Virus record (IMG/VR): IMGVR_UViG_3300025872_000070
Location: 1 to 55,668 of that record
Source: a virus
Lineage: Duplodnaviria; Caudoviricetes
Length of the DNA: 55,668 nt
Strand: one strand, 5' to 3'
The position numbers were made by a program, and so were the translations under genes. Below are positions 26,330 through 37,096 of the stretch, one piece after another; within the stretch, counting starts at the first letter, position 1; each line of letters begins with the position of its first letter. The notes beneath the pieces are model-generated. The model was not told the origin of the DNA. It ran no database searches and was given only the letters and a program-made list of their open reading frames with translations.

Positions 26330-29300
26330 TTAAGTTGGTGATTGCGTTGGTGTTGCTGTCGTAGTTGGTGTTGCGGTTTGAGTTGGTGTTTGTGTATTAG
26401 TAGGTGTTGGTGTTGGAGTTACTGAGCTAGATGGTGTGGGTGTTATTAATCCAACGCATCCATTTGGGTCATCAGAAATTATTTGTCCTGTTCCTCCAGT
26501 GATTAAAAACCAACCCGTACCATTAGAATAATACCCATCAGGTGCTAAACCTGTTAATGGATTTGTAGGATTAGTGTAAAGATACTCATAAATGTTTGGA
26601 CCTACCCCACCTGATAATTGACCATAGAAATTTGTACCTGCGGACCAATAATCATTACAAGCATCAGTAGTCGTATTTCCTGTACCAAGAACATATGTGT
26701 AGAAACTTATTGTTGGTGTTGGAGATGGAGTTTTAGTTGGTGTTATAGAAGGAGTATTTGTCGGGGTTTCAGTTGGTGAAGAAGTAATTGAGGGTGTTAA
26801 TGTTTGGGTAGGAGTGTTTGATGGTGTAATGGTTGGTGTTGGTGTTTCTGTTGGGGTTATACTTGGTGTTGGTGTGTTAGTTGGTGTTTGTGAAGGTGTT
26901 TGTGTTGGGGTTGGTGTTGGACAAACAACGTAAGCCCCAACCGTATTACCAAAATAATCTAATTCGATAACAATTCCATTATAATTATAAAATCCTGTCA
27001 TATCTATTGTTACAGGACCTGTACTATTATTATAAAAATTTATATTTTCATCATAATTCAGTTCTGAACCATAGATAGTTTGATTAGTGTTTCCGGTACA
27101 AGCCTCATCGAAAGTAGAACCTGAGATTGTTAAAAATGGATTTTTAGGTATTTCTGTTGTTTGAGTTGGAGTTTGAGTTGGGGTTGGTGTGTTAGTTGGT
27201 GTTTGAGTTGGTGTTGGAGTTGGGGGACAAAATTGACAAGAAATGTCATAGGTTATTTTTAAATAAACTTTAACCTCAACTCCACCCAAATTTATAGAAT
27301 TACAACCATTAATAATTGTAATTAAATTATTAAGTAAATCAGTGTCTACAGCATCAACTCCATCATAAGTTAATAAAATATTTTTGATTGTATTAACCCA
27401 AAGGTTATCACCTGGATAATCTGATAATGTTGTACCGGTGTAAAATGATTCTTGGGTGGTTATACCACTTAATTCAACAATTGCATTATAAACTGCGTTA
27501 TTAAGAATACAACCAGTATCACCACTTGTCAAATCGAAGAAACCCTCCAACAACATTTGTTGAATTCCTTTCTTTATATTACCACCTGTGTTACTAAACG
27601 TAGAGTCACATATTGAATAATATTCTGTGGAACTTAAGTTATTGAATCCTGATATTGTTACTGATTTAGTTTGAGTACATCCACTTGAATCAACGATTGT
27701 TAATGTATATGTTCCAGCGGTCAATCCTGTCATCGTAGAACCTGTTTGTGAACCTACATTTGAACTCCAATTATATGTAAAAGTAGGATTACCTGTGGTG
27801 ATATACGCTGTTGCTGTTCCATCAGAGCCTAAGATTGTGTTTGTTCCGACTAATAAAAAATTAACTCCTGTTGAGGATGAAATGTTAGTTGAGATATATT
27901 GTTTACACGGAGGGTCTGATACTACATCTAAAACTGAAATTGTATAGGAACCACTCGCTAAATTCGTAAAAGTATACGCACTACCACCTATGAAACTACC
28001 TAAATTACCTGAAATCTCGTAAAGAAAATTACCTGACCCTCCTGAAACTTCAACGTAAATTGACCCGTTTTCTTGACCACAGGTTGTACCTGTAGTTGAT
28101 GCCGATAGATTGAATAAACTAAAATTGTTAACATTAATCGTGGTTGTATAAACACAACTTCCACCAGTTATTGACAAAGGATAACTACCTGTTGTCAAAT
28201 TCGGGATTGTGAAATTGTAGGTACTTGAAGGTATTGGTGGACTGAGTGTTTGAAAAATAGTCGTTCCGCCACTTATCAACGTATAACTTATTAAAGTATT
28301 AACAGAACCTAAACTAACGTCGATTTGTCCATCAGCGCTCCCACAATAAGAATTTACGGTTGTAATTGAGTTTAAGTTAAATCCTGCTGGGGTATATAAA
28401 GTAGCCGCTTTTATCGAAGTACATAACCCAGCGTCAGTGACTTGGAATTGATAATATCCTGCTGATAGTCCTGTAAATGTATAAGATTGACTAAATGTAA
28501 TTATCGAAGAACCATTACTTGCAGAATAATAGTATGGTCCTGTACCACCTGTAATATTTACCGTAGCGGACCCATCCGCTGAGAAGCAAGATGGTTGGGT
28601 AGTTACAATTGTTCCTATACCAAGTACATTAACGTGATTGACCACAACGCCCAATCCCTTTGTACAACCAGAAGCGTCAGTCACAACAACATTATAGGTA
28701 CCAGCGGTTAATCCTGTAATTGATGATGTTGTGTCTGAAGTATCCCATAGATATGTGTATGGTGGAACACCTCCGGTTAACCCAGTGATATAAATTTTTC
28801 CTGACCCAACCCCATTACAACTTCCATCATCGACGACATAGAAACCATAGTTTACTGAAGAAGAACTTGCAACTATACAAGTTGGTGATTTTCCTGTACA
28901 TCCTCCACCATCATCGGCTATTACATAATATGAACCATAATCTACGGGTGTGAAAACAAAATAATTACTATTGTTTTGTGCGGATGTTATGTAAGTACCA
29001 TCACCACTAAATAAATAAAAACTTGCGGTGTTATAATAATTTGTAGTAGTCGCTGTTATTTCACCATTTATATCACCACACGAAGTTTCTAATACATCTA
29101 AATTAGAACAAGTACCACTCGATATATAGATATCAACTTGTTGTGTAAGGTTGACTGGACTCGCACAACTATCTTGAACATAAAATGAATAAGTTCCTGC
29201 TGACAAGTTCGTTAATGTGTATGCGGTCGAACTTCCCAAAGCCACGGTTGGGTATGGTGGTTGTACCCAAACTATACTATATCCAGGTGAACTACCTGTT

Positions 29301-29380
29301 ATATATAAATCAAATCCACCTAGATTTGAGTTGGTACAATCTCCTGTGTATGTGTAACTATAACTTAAATAACAACTCAT
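26330..29380 (-). CDS. large SprB-repeat, Pro-Thr-rich tail fibre/adhesin-like protein
   Basis: About seven repeats like C...DG.A.V.ITGGT.PY.Y.WS..GLTAGTY.V.VTD.SGC followed by domains separated by PT tracts. Confidence 0.75.
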   Translation of the reverse strand: MSCYLSYSYTYTGDCTNSNLGGFDLYITGSSPGYSIVWVQPPYPTVALGSSTAYTLTNLSAGTYSFYVQDSCASPVNLTQQVDIYISSGTCSNLDVLETSCGDINGEITATTTNYYNTASFYLFSGDGTYITSAQNNSNYFVFTPVDYGSYYVIADDGGGCTGKSPTCIVASSSSVNYGFYVVDDGSCNGVGSGKIYITGLTGGVPPYTYLWDTSDTTSSITGLTAGTYNVVVTDASGCTKGLGVVVNHVNVLGIGTIVTTQPSCFSADGSATVNITGGTGPYYYSASNGSSIITFSQSYTFTGLSAGYYQFQVTDAGLCTSIKAATLYTPAGFNLNSITTVNSYCGSADGQIDVSLGSVNTLISYTLISGGTTIFQTLSPPIPSSTYNFTIPNLTTGSYPLSITGGSCVYTTTINVNNFSLFNLSASTTGTTCGQENGSIYVEVSGGSGNFLYEISGNLGSFIGGSAYTFTNLASGSYTISVLDVVSDPPCKQYISTNISSSTGVNFLLVGTNTILGSDGTATAYITTGNPTFTYNWSSNVGSQTGSTMTGLTAGTYTLTIVDSSGCTQTKSVTISGFNNLSSTEYYSICDSTFSNTGGNIKKGIQQMLLEGFFDLTSGDTGCILNNAVYNAIVELSGITTQESFYTGTTLSDYPGDNLWVNTIKNILLTYDGVDAVDTDLLNNLITIINGCNSINLGGVEVKVYLKITYDISCQFCPPTPTPTQTPTNTPTPTQTPTQTTEIPKNPFLTISGSTFDEACTGNTNQTIYGSELNYDENINFYNNSTGPVTIDMTGFYNYNGIVIELDYFGNTVGAYVVCPTPTPTQTPSQTPTNTPTPSITPTETPTPTITPSNTPTQTLTPSITSSPTETPTNTPSITPTKTPSPTPTISFYTYVLGTGNTTTDACNDYWSAGTNFYGQLSGGVGPNIYEYLYTNPTNPLTGLAPDGYYSNGTGWFLITGGTGQIISDDPNGCVGLITPTPSSSVTPTPTPTNTQTPTQTATPTTTATPTQSPT

Positions 29381-32300
29381 AAACTACATAAAATATTGAA
29401 TTTTATACCCACGTTAATTTCGAATGTTTCGGCAAAAGCTGAAGAAGAACAAGTTGTATTATACAATGCAACTAAATTTGGAAATTCTACATCAACATCT
29501 GATGTCACTGGGAAATAATAACCATAACCTAAAGATGATAAAGAGTTCAATCCTATCAAAACCGCTGAATACCAAGCATTTTCTGATGGAACACTTAATG
29601 TCCCTGTAAATCCTGTTCCGTTGAAGAATGATTGATTATAAACATTACTACCATCCAATTTTATATTCACATACCACTCACTTGTCATAGTAGGTAGAAA
29701 ACAATTATCTAAAGAATACCCTAATGGTGTCAAATAACTATTGAGAGTATTTCCCAAAATATTATTGAATGATTGAATCAAAGGACTACTACAAGGTTCG
29801 TACCAAGGGAAAATGCAACATTCTACGGTATGTACAGGGCAGTCAGTTGGAAATATATTAGTTTCACACGTACAAGGTTTACAAGGGATTGGAACTAATT
29901 CACAACCCATCTGCCTTCTCCAAACAAACTTTTGTCTGTGAAATGCTGAATTTTCATATTTAATACCCCCCATCCACAATGTTGATGCGGGTATCATTTG
30001 TTCAATTAACCTAATCCAATAATCACCCAATCCATCAACATATTCCATCATATTGGTATAGTTAAAATTATTATTTTCAATACCAACTATACTTTCAGAT
30101 TCCAAATATCTCCAATAAATTGACTGAAGAGTAGGATATCCTCCTGTTTTTCCGTCTTTTACGAATTGTCTATTTCTAACATCAATTAAGTTTTGCCAAA
30201 ATGTTTGAGCAAATTCGAAAAATGTTTTTCTTTTCGGTTGAGGATTAGAAATTGTTATATCAAACTCATTTCTTTGTGGATAAGGTAAAGATATTGTACC
30301 TGTCGAATCTCCTGAAAGATTTAATGGATTATTTGAAAAAGGATAATTGTATGTTGAGGACATATACCACACATCGTAAACTAAACCTTGTGCGGGATTC
30401 ATAAAAATGTCAACGTTTTTAACGTTCATTACTAAACTATCACTATCGGTATAGTACAAAGAATTGTAATTACCATCAAAATTAGTTCTTTTTCCAATTT
30501 CATTATCAACCCAACTTTTGTTGTTATCTATAGTTCTTGTTAGTTCAAAACCAACAGACATAAATGGGAAGTTTCTAAATCTATTAAGATAAACTTGACC
30601 ATAGGTATATGGTACTAATGTTGTTTGAAAATTAGGATTACTACCCGTAAATACGGAATAAGTTAAATCCACAACTTCATTTGCTCTGTGTTGAGGGGTT
30701 TGTTCAAACCAACCACTCCCTATTTGGAAAAAATATGTATCCGAATTATCGGGTGGATATGGAAACCCAAATTCATCCACAGGATAATCTTCTCTTGTTG
30801 TACCAACATCAACTGGTTCTAATAAAGTTGTAGTAAAACCAGTATATAATGTTCCGTGAATTTTGTAAGTATTCGTTGGGTCAAAAGCCGGAAGTTCTTG
30901 TAAATAAGTTCCACCTGAAATTTGAGCGTATTGTTCATAAAACTGACTCATATCAATTCTTTGGTCAGCCAAATAAACGTGTTCATTAAATTCAACCAAT
31001 GCATCGGGAGCACCAATAAGTTTCAAAAGATTTTCAATAGATTTTCTTGTACCTTTTGACTTAAACAAATAAGCCGCGTTTAAAATCAACGCCCTATAAA
31101 ATTGATAATTTAATTCATCTGGTGTTGTTTGTTGGGATATACCTAAAAATTGAGATTCATTTGAATTAACACCACCAAACACCGAGTTTAATAATTGTTC
31201 ATTACTTATTGGTGATATATTAACATTCCACCCTAATGTTTGTGCTAAATTTTTTAATAATTGAGATGGTATATCGTCCCCAACATTGTAATTCACGGAA
31301 TTCATAAAAGCCAACGCCTCTATAAACTTTTTAGTTTCGTCGAAACTTCTACCATAAATTTGTAAAACTTTTTCTACTTTTTCATCAGGAGTGTCAAAAT
31401 CTTTGAAGGACGCTGTTGTTAAGAACCTTGAAACTAAATTTGTTTTATATGAGTCATAAAGGGTTCCTATTTCCGCTAAATTTGTGATATAATTGTCATA
31501 TGCTCCTGTGATAATATCTAAATTCCAATTACCATATAAAGGGAAAGTAACAAATTGTGAATTTATAAAATAACTTCCATCATCATTCTCTGTCGGTACA
31601 CTAAAGTAAGCGGTGTAGATTGGTGAAATATTTCTATTTAATAAAAAGTTTTCTACCTCATCTAAATCCTCATTAAAAACTTTGTTAACAATTTGGTCAT
31701 TTGGTCTGACAACTAAATCTTCATAAACAACACTTTGACCTGAAAAAGGATTTCCTTTAACATATATTCTAAGAGTTCCATTTGTTAACGAATCAGTTGG
31801 TTCTATTCCCGTTAATTGGTATCCTTCCCCTATGTAATAAAGTGAATACTTAGCATATTCAACAGGTAAATCCCTTAGAGGGGAAACTTTTATTTCTCTC
31901 AAACTTAAGTTACGAGTTGAGTTGGAAGTAAAGTCAATTTCAAAAGGGTTTCGTATTCTTGACAAATCCAAATCAAAAGTTGTTTCATCTTGAACAGAGT
32001 TATAACTAATATTGAAAGCGGTTTCACCTGTTGCAAAATTCAAACCCATTTTGGTAGATTCAAGTCCTGCTGGAAAATAACTTATGATTGTTTGTATTGA
32101 TACTGATAATCTTTTGTTAAGTGAACCATATAAAGTAAATGTGGAAATTTGAGATAAGTCGAAATTAGGATAAACTTTAAAATTATTTTCTACCATCAGT
32201 TTTGATTCCTCGACTGATTGTATATTCATACTTTCTAAACTTATTGGGTCTGAAAAAGCACCGATTCTAAAAGTTCTATTTTGTTTTTCTTCTGTACCTG

Positions 32301-32427
32301 AAACAAATTCAAAGTTACCCTGAGTTAAACCCCCTCCTTGAACTAGTTGAAATCCAACTAAATCATCAGAAAAAGTTCCTGAACCAGTTGCTGGTAAGGG
32401 TGGACAAATGAATTTTTTTTGAGTCAT
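29377..32427 (-). CDS. baseplate wedge protein (T4 gp7 / P2 gpI-like core)
   Basis: [16 protein letters not shown]...[29 protein letters not shown]; position in baseplate cluster. Confidence 0.65.
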   Translation of the reverse strand: MTQKKFICPPLPATGSGTFSDDLVGFQLVQGGGLTQGNFEFVSGTEEKQNRTFRIGAFSDPISLESMNIQSVEESKLMVENNFKVYPNFDLSQISTFTLYGSLNKRLSVSIQTIISYFPAGLESTKMGLNFATGETAFNISYNSVQDETTFDLDLSRIRNPFEIDFTSNSTRNLSLREIKVSPLRDLPVEYAKYSLYYIGEGYQLTGIEPTDSLTNGTLRIYVKGNPFSGQSVVYEDLVVRPNDQIVNKVFNEDLDEVENFLLNRNISPIYTAYFSVPTENDDGSYFINSQFVTFPLYGNWNLDIITGAYDNYITNLAEIGTLYDSYKTNLVSRFLTTASFKDFDTPDEKVEKVLQIYGRSFDETKKFIEALAFMNSVNYNVGDDIPSQLLKNLAQTLGWNVNISPISNEQLLNSVFGGVNSNESQFLGISQQTTPDELNYQFYRALILNAAYLFKSKGTRKSIENLLKLIGAPDALVEFNEHVYLADQRIDMSQFYEQYAQISGGTYLQELPAFDPTNTYKIHGTLYTGFTTTLLEPVDVGTTREDYPVDEFGFPYPPDNSDTYFFQIGSGWFEQTPQHRANEVVDLTYSVFTGSNPNFQTTLVPYTYGQVYLNRFRNFPFMSVGFELTRTIDNNKSWVDNEIGKRTNFDGNYNSLYYTDSDSLVMNVKNVDIFMNPAQGLVYDVWYMSSTYNYPFSNNPLNLSGDSTGTISLPYPQRNEFDITISNPQPKRKTFFEFAQTFWQNLIDVRNRQFVKDGKTGGYPTLQSIYWRYLESESIVGIENNNFNYTNMMEYVDGLGDYWIRLIEQMIPASTLWMGGIKYENSAFHRQKFVWRRQMGCELVPIPCKPCTCETNIFPTDCPVHTVECCIFPWYEPCSSPLIQSFNNILGNTLNSYLTPLGYSLDNCFLPTMTSEWYVNIKLDGSNVYNQSFFNGTGFTGTLSVPSENAWYSAVLIGLNSLSSLGYGYYFPVTSDVDVEFPNLVALYNTTCSSSAFAETFEINVGIKFNILCSL

Positions 32428-33335
32428 TATTGAGTTATGTTTGTAAAGTTTTTACTAAAATCAATATTATCTCCTCTATCTTGTCTAACCTCAAACAATA
32501 AGTGATTATATTGGTCACGTATTTCGTATAGGTTGTATTGTTTGTAGATATTATTCTGATTATCATAAATGGTATAAATTCCATCATCCATCGATTTGGT
32601 TTGATTACCATAAAGTGCGATTGCCAGAGTTGAGAAATCGTGTTCTGCTATTTCAACATCTATTGTAGTTGGGTTAAAAAATGTATTTGATATGATAACA
32701 TTTTGTGCAGGTTGTCCGATATATGGGGTAGCGTTTGGTTTGTTAGATGGTGCTGAGGATGGTGAAAGTGTACAAAAAATTAAGTTAGTATTATTATCGG
32801 TATATCTATAACGTACCGCTTGTATTGAGGTGTTTGTTAAATTTTGTACAACGGGTTGACAATAAAAACTTGAAGTTATTATTCTGAAAAAATTTGGAAT
32901 TTTAGTTCCGTCCGAATTCAAATATTCGATTCTATAACCAACAAGTCCTTGAGGAACAAACTTATTTCTTTGGTCTGCAGGAACTTGATTTAAATCAAAA
33001 ATTAAACCTTTAACATTAGGTAGTGCGGTGAGAACACCACAATCTAAAATTTGTGTCCTGATTTGTGTTGGTCTCAACATCAAAGTATAAATTCCAATAC
33101 GATTAAATGTATCTGCCGGTAATTTTAAACTATATAACCCACCCAAAATTTCTATGTCAGCATTTCCACCAGTACTTGCGTTTGCAAAATAAGGTTTGAG
33201 AATTGTTAACGAATCTAACTTTGTTAATTCAAAATTATTAGTGTCATCTCTTGATGGGGTGTAATTCAATATTATTTCCACATCAGCAGGTGATACATCT
33301 GCCGGTCTTATTGTTCCATAACTTCCTACTGCCAT
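32427..33335 (-). CDS. putative virion structural protein
   Basis: 302 aa, beta-rich, coupled to baseplate gene; TATTTATA at 33356-33363. Confidence 0.65.
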   Translation of the reverse strand: MAVGSYGTIRPADVSPADVEIILNYTPSRDDTNNFELTKLDSLTILKPYFANASTGGNADIEILGGLYSLKLPADTFNRIGIYTLMLRPTQIRTQILDCGVLTALPNVKGLIFDLNQVPADQRNKFVPQGLVGYRIEYLNSDGTKIPNFFRIITSSFYCQPVVQNLTNTSIQAVRYRYTDNNTNLIFCTLSPSSAPSNKPNATPYIGQPAQNVIISNTFFNPTTIDVEIAEHDFSTLAIALYGNQTKSMDDGIYTIYDNQNNIYKQYNLYEIRDQYNHLLFEVRQDRGDNIDFSKNFTNITQ

Positions 33336-33369
33336 AACATTTATTTTTTATATCTTATAAATACTCTTT

Positions 33370-34551
33370 TTATACATTTATTACTTTAAAAAACCCATAA
33401 CCATATTTTTCTAAATCACCCATATTATCAACTTCACCTAACCTTTCTAAAGCCTCTAAACCTGAAATTTTACCCCTTTCAATAAACACATTACTTTGAA
33501 TTTCTACTTCATCAATTGCGTTTATGAGTGCCTCGTTTTTAGTTAAACCTGTACACGATAACCAATCAGCGGTATATCCTGAAGATTTAACGACAAATAT
33601 TGTAAATCCGTCATTGTAGTCATAATAATCAACTCCGTTAATTGTATATCCTGTAAATAGTCCATCTATCGATGGTCCGTGAAACGTACCAACAACTCCT
33701 GTTGAGCCAGTTACTTTAATACCGAGTTTATACTTTCCATCATACAATGATGAAGCTGGCCCGTATTGTCTCAAATCACTTACCGTAGATTCAGAATAAC
33801 CTGAAACTATTATGGGTAATGTTGTATAATTAGAACTAACTTGAGAATCGACATCACAAATCGAATCTCCCGAAAAAATATAATTGTAGGAAATTGGGGT
33901 TGCCGACCAATTACCCCCACTAGGATAGAAAAACGCTTCCCCTTGTGGGTTTGGTATTGTAGTCCCTGTAAAAGGTGTTATAACTTTTTTTCTAACCACA
34001 TTATATCCCCAAGGACTCATACCTGAAAAAGAAATTATCCATTCACCAGGTCCTGGATATGTATGTTGATAATAATTTGGTGAAATTGTAGTAACCGGGA
34101 CTATTGGTGAATTATCTCCCCAATCTAACTGATATGTTGAAAAATCCAAGTATTTTTTCATTTCCAACTCTGATGTGTTGTAGAAATAATATTGATAAGG
34201 TGACCCACTTGTTGCTGAAAAAATAAAGTTCAACATTACATCTTTTTGTTGTATAGCACCATCAAATGCTGAGTAATACCCAACATCTATTGTATTTTGT
34301 GACAAAAACACTGGTATAGTAAGACCTGTTAATAACGAAGCTCCATTAGTACCACCTGAAACAACGTCAGTCATAGATGAATAAACGTATGTAAATCCAG
34401 TTGTTAATCCAGTTACGGTTGTTGCTGTTAATACACAACAAGGGTCTACCGGTGGTGAAATATCATAGGTTCCTCCTGTATAGTCAACTTTGAATAAATC
34501 ACCCTTCACATTTTCAGGGGATATACGTATATGGTAAACTCTATCTTCCAT
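33370..34551 (-). CDS. putative virion structural protein with PKD-like domain
   Basis: LDWGDNS..HTYPGPGEW.ISF is PKD-like; Thr/Ser/Gly-rich. Confidence 0.65.
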   Translation of the reverse strand: MEDRVYHIRISPENVKGDLFKVDYTGGTYDISPPVDPCCVLTATTVTGLTTGFTYVYSSMTDVVSGGTNGASLLTGLTIPVFLSQNTIDVGYYSAFDGAIQQKDVMLNFIFSATSGSPYQYYFYNTSELEMKKYLDFSTYQLDWGDNSPIVPVTTISPNYYQHTYPGPGEWIISFSGMSPWGYNVVRKKVITPFTGTTIPNPQGEAFFYPSGGNWSATPISYNYIFSGDSICDVDSQVSSNYTTLPIIVSGYSESTVSDLRQYGPASSLYDGKYKLGIKVTGSTGVVGTFHGPSIDGLFTGYTINGVDYYDYNDGFTIFVVKSSGYTADWLSCTGLTKNEALINAIDEVEIQSNVFIERGKISGLEALERLGEVDNMGDLEKYGYGFFKVINV

Positions 34552-34554
34552 TTA

Positions 34555-35328
34555 TTAAGGATTTACATATTCATACCATTTTATTGGGTTAGTAGTACCA
34601 ATTCTTTGATTATTAGTGTCAAATACTTGATATGTTGCGGTGGTTCTATCCAAAGTCACTTTATAATAGAAATATTTGTCAGGATTGAAATTATATCCAT
34701 TAGGTAACACGGATTGTTTTGAATTCATCATTTTTATAAAAAATCCATTTTTAGCGTCAAAGAACTTTGCTGACATATAAAATGTTGATATATCCAAAAA
34801 CTCAGGGTTTCTTAACCAATAAAGAAAAAACCCTTCTTTATCTCCCACGTAATCTAAAACAAAACTAGGTCTATTCATTTGAACTTGGGGTAATAGTGGT
34901 GATACTATACCAGGTTGTGTTAATCCTTGTTGAGTTGGTATAATTACGGTAAAGTAATTTATTTGTTTTGATGTGTCGGGTGAATCATAAAAATCAAGTT
35001 TAAAAAATGATTTAGAAAACTCCTTAGCAAAATAATATATTTCAATATTATTGAATCCCGCTCCTGTATAACTATTTACCCAACTTGTTGAACCTGTTGA
35101 ATAAAAATTAAACTCGTAACTAATTTTTGTTGAGTTGTTTGGTGAGTATGGTTTGTTTGCAAATCTTAGTATTTCAAAATCATTAGGTTTACCAATAACT
35201 TCTTTCACAACTTGTTTTTGGTACTCATCAATACTATCGTCAACACCTGTGAAATTCCATTTTAATTCAATTGGAAAATCAAATGTATGACCTGATTGGG
35301 ATATTAAAAATTTATATTTATTATTCAC
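34555..35328 (-). CDS. putative virion structural protein
   Basis: 257 aa, aromatic/beta-rich, inside baseplate operon. Confidence 0.6.
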   Translation of the reverse strand: MNNKYKFLISQSGHTFDFPIELKWNFTGVDDSIDEYQKQVVKEVIGKPNDFEILRFANKPYSPNNSTKISYEFNFYSTGSTSWVNSYTGAGFNNIEIYYFAKEFSKSFFKLDFYDSPDTSKQINYFTVIIPTQQGLTQPGIVSPLLPQVQMNRPSFVLDYVGDKEGFFLYWLRNPEFLDISTFYMSAKFFDAKNGFFIKMMNSKQSVLPNGYNFNPDKYFYYKVTLDRTTATYQVFDTNNQRIGTTNPIKWYEYVNP

Positions 35329-37096
35329 AATTATCTACTAATGGGTCGTTTATCACACCCGAATTAATTAAGGTGTTGTAATTTGTACCTTCAGGTATTA
35401 TCCTAAACACAATGTTTTTATTTGGATAGTGTCTTCCATTTGTGAATGGGAACTGAACTCCTCTACCTTGTGAGTCCGTGTATCCATAGGAATACAAATC
35501 TCTCCAAAGAAAATTGTTTTCCAAATCAGAGAAGTAGGCATATGATGGTAAGTTATCAATTTCAGATGGAGGTGGTGGTGCGGTTTCAATATAATCTGAA
35601 AATATTCTGATATCCATAGGATAATGTGGTTGATAATAATAACCAAATTGGGGTAATGCATTTGGGTTTACCAAATATCCAGGTGGTATAGGATTCATTT
35701 TAAAATATTGTTGGTTGTAAACAAATTTGTGATATAAATTTGAAACAACTCTTTCAATTTGTTCGTAATCATTCCACTCACACAAATCACCATCAATTTT
35801 TTCACCACTTTTAGGTGTTCTAACATAATTAAATGTTTTATTACCAATAGGTCGGGTCCACGAGAGGGAACCAAACGTAAAATTTGAATTTGAATTGGAT
35901 GTGCTCCACCAATTATTTGGGTATTTTGTAAAATTATTCAGAGGTAAATTAAATTCATACCCTTGTTTCAATTGTCCTGATGTCCACCCAAAATATCCTT
36001 TCCAAACTACCGAAAAGAATAATTGTGACAGAGGTCTATTTTGATTATCCCTATATTTTGTTATGTCAAAATCTTTATTGAAGGAAAGTGTATATGATTG
36101 TCCGTCTTCAAGGGTAGATAATCTAGATTGGTAATTTGGTGTATAAGCACTACTTTCGTATTTTACAACTTTTCTAAATATATTATACTCGAATCCAGCT
36201 TTTGTAAGAGCGTATTCGTTTTCATCATTTAGAATTATGTGTTTTCTTACGTAATATTTTGATATGGTGTCTCCTGTATTATCAGGATTAAGAACTCTTT
36301 TGAAAGTACCTGTAACACCATCGTTGAATGTTGAACCTGTAAAACCATTGTTGAATACATTGAATATAAAATCCTCACTTCCATCAACTCCATCACCCAA
36401 GCTATGTACGGAAAATATGTCTTCTTTTCTATAACTGAAACTTAACTTTACAAAATTTTCTGTTGTTAATCCGTGTTTGACAGGACATCTAAAAGAGACC
36501 AAGTTACTTCCATTTATAATAACATTTTCAATTATAAAAGGAATCCCATCCGAAACTTTCCAATTTAAAGTGGTATTAGTTTTTTCGTCAACAGCTTGTA
36601 AATTTTTATCGTAGTCGTTTTCAATTGGGTAACTCAAATAAAAGTTCCAATTATAAGATGAAGCACTTAGTGGTGTGAACTTTAAGTGTTCATTAGGTGG
36701 TGCCGTATACCCTGATACTTGGTAATCGGTTCTTATAAAATCAAATTCGTTATATTGTGGTAAACCACTCCAATCTACATTTGTATTACATTGGAGTCGA
36801 GCCGAGTACTCTTGATTGACATAATATAAGTTATTTTCAAATGGTGAATAATTGTTGGTTGTTCCGATGTAACTATTCTTAAATAAAACCATAAATTTAC
36901 AACTCGGTCTAAATAAATTTGAACTTTCTCTTTCATCGGTATAAACTTGACTCAAACTTATATCTTGGGACCTATCATATTCATTTTCGAATTTAGTAGT
37001 TTGTTCTAATGAAAAATCAATTGATAAATTAGTATCTGACGCCCCCTTATATCTTTGTGAACCTAAAACTATTCGTATGTCTTGACTATTGTCCAT
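35321..37096 (-). CDS. putative virion structural protein
   Basis: 591 aa, inside baseplate operon, coupled overlaps. Confidence 0.6.
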   Translation of the reverse strand: MDNSQDIRIVLGSQRYKGASDTNLSIDFSLEQTTKFENEYDRSQDISLSQVYTDERESSNLFRPSCKFMVLFKNSYIGTTNNYSPFENNLYYVNQEYSARLQCNTNVDWSGLPQYNEFDFIRTDYQVSGYTAPPNEHLKFTPLSASSYNWNFYLSYPIENDYDKNLQAVDEKTNTTLNWKVSDGIPFIIENVIINGSNLVSFRCPVKHGLTTENFVKLSFSYRKEDIFSVHSLGDGVDGSEDFIFNVFNNGFTGSTFNDGVTGTFKRVLNPDNTGDTISKYYVRKHIILNDENEYALTKAGFEYNIFRKVVKYESSAYTPNYQSRLSTLEDGQSYTLSFNKDFDITKYRDNQNRPLSQLFFSVVWKGYFGWTSGQLKQGYEFNLPLNNFTKYPNNWWSTSNSNSNFTFGSLSWTRPIGNKTFNYVRTPKSGEKIDGDLCEWNDYEQIERVVSNLYHKFVYNQQYFKMNPIPPGYLVNPNALPQFGYYYQPHYPMDIRIFSDYIETAPPPPSEIDNLPSYAYFSDLENNFLWRDLYSYGYTDSQGRGVQFPFTNGRHYPNKNIVFRIIPEGTNYNTLINSGVINDPLVDNCE

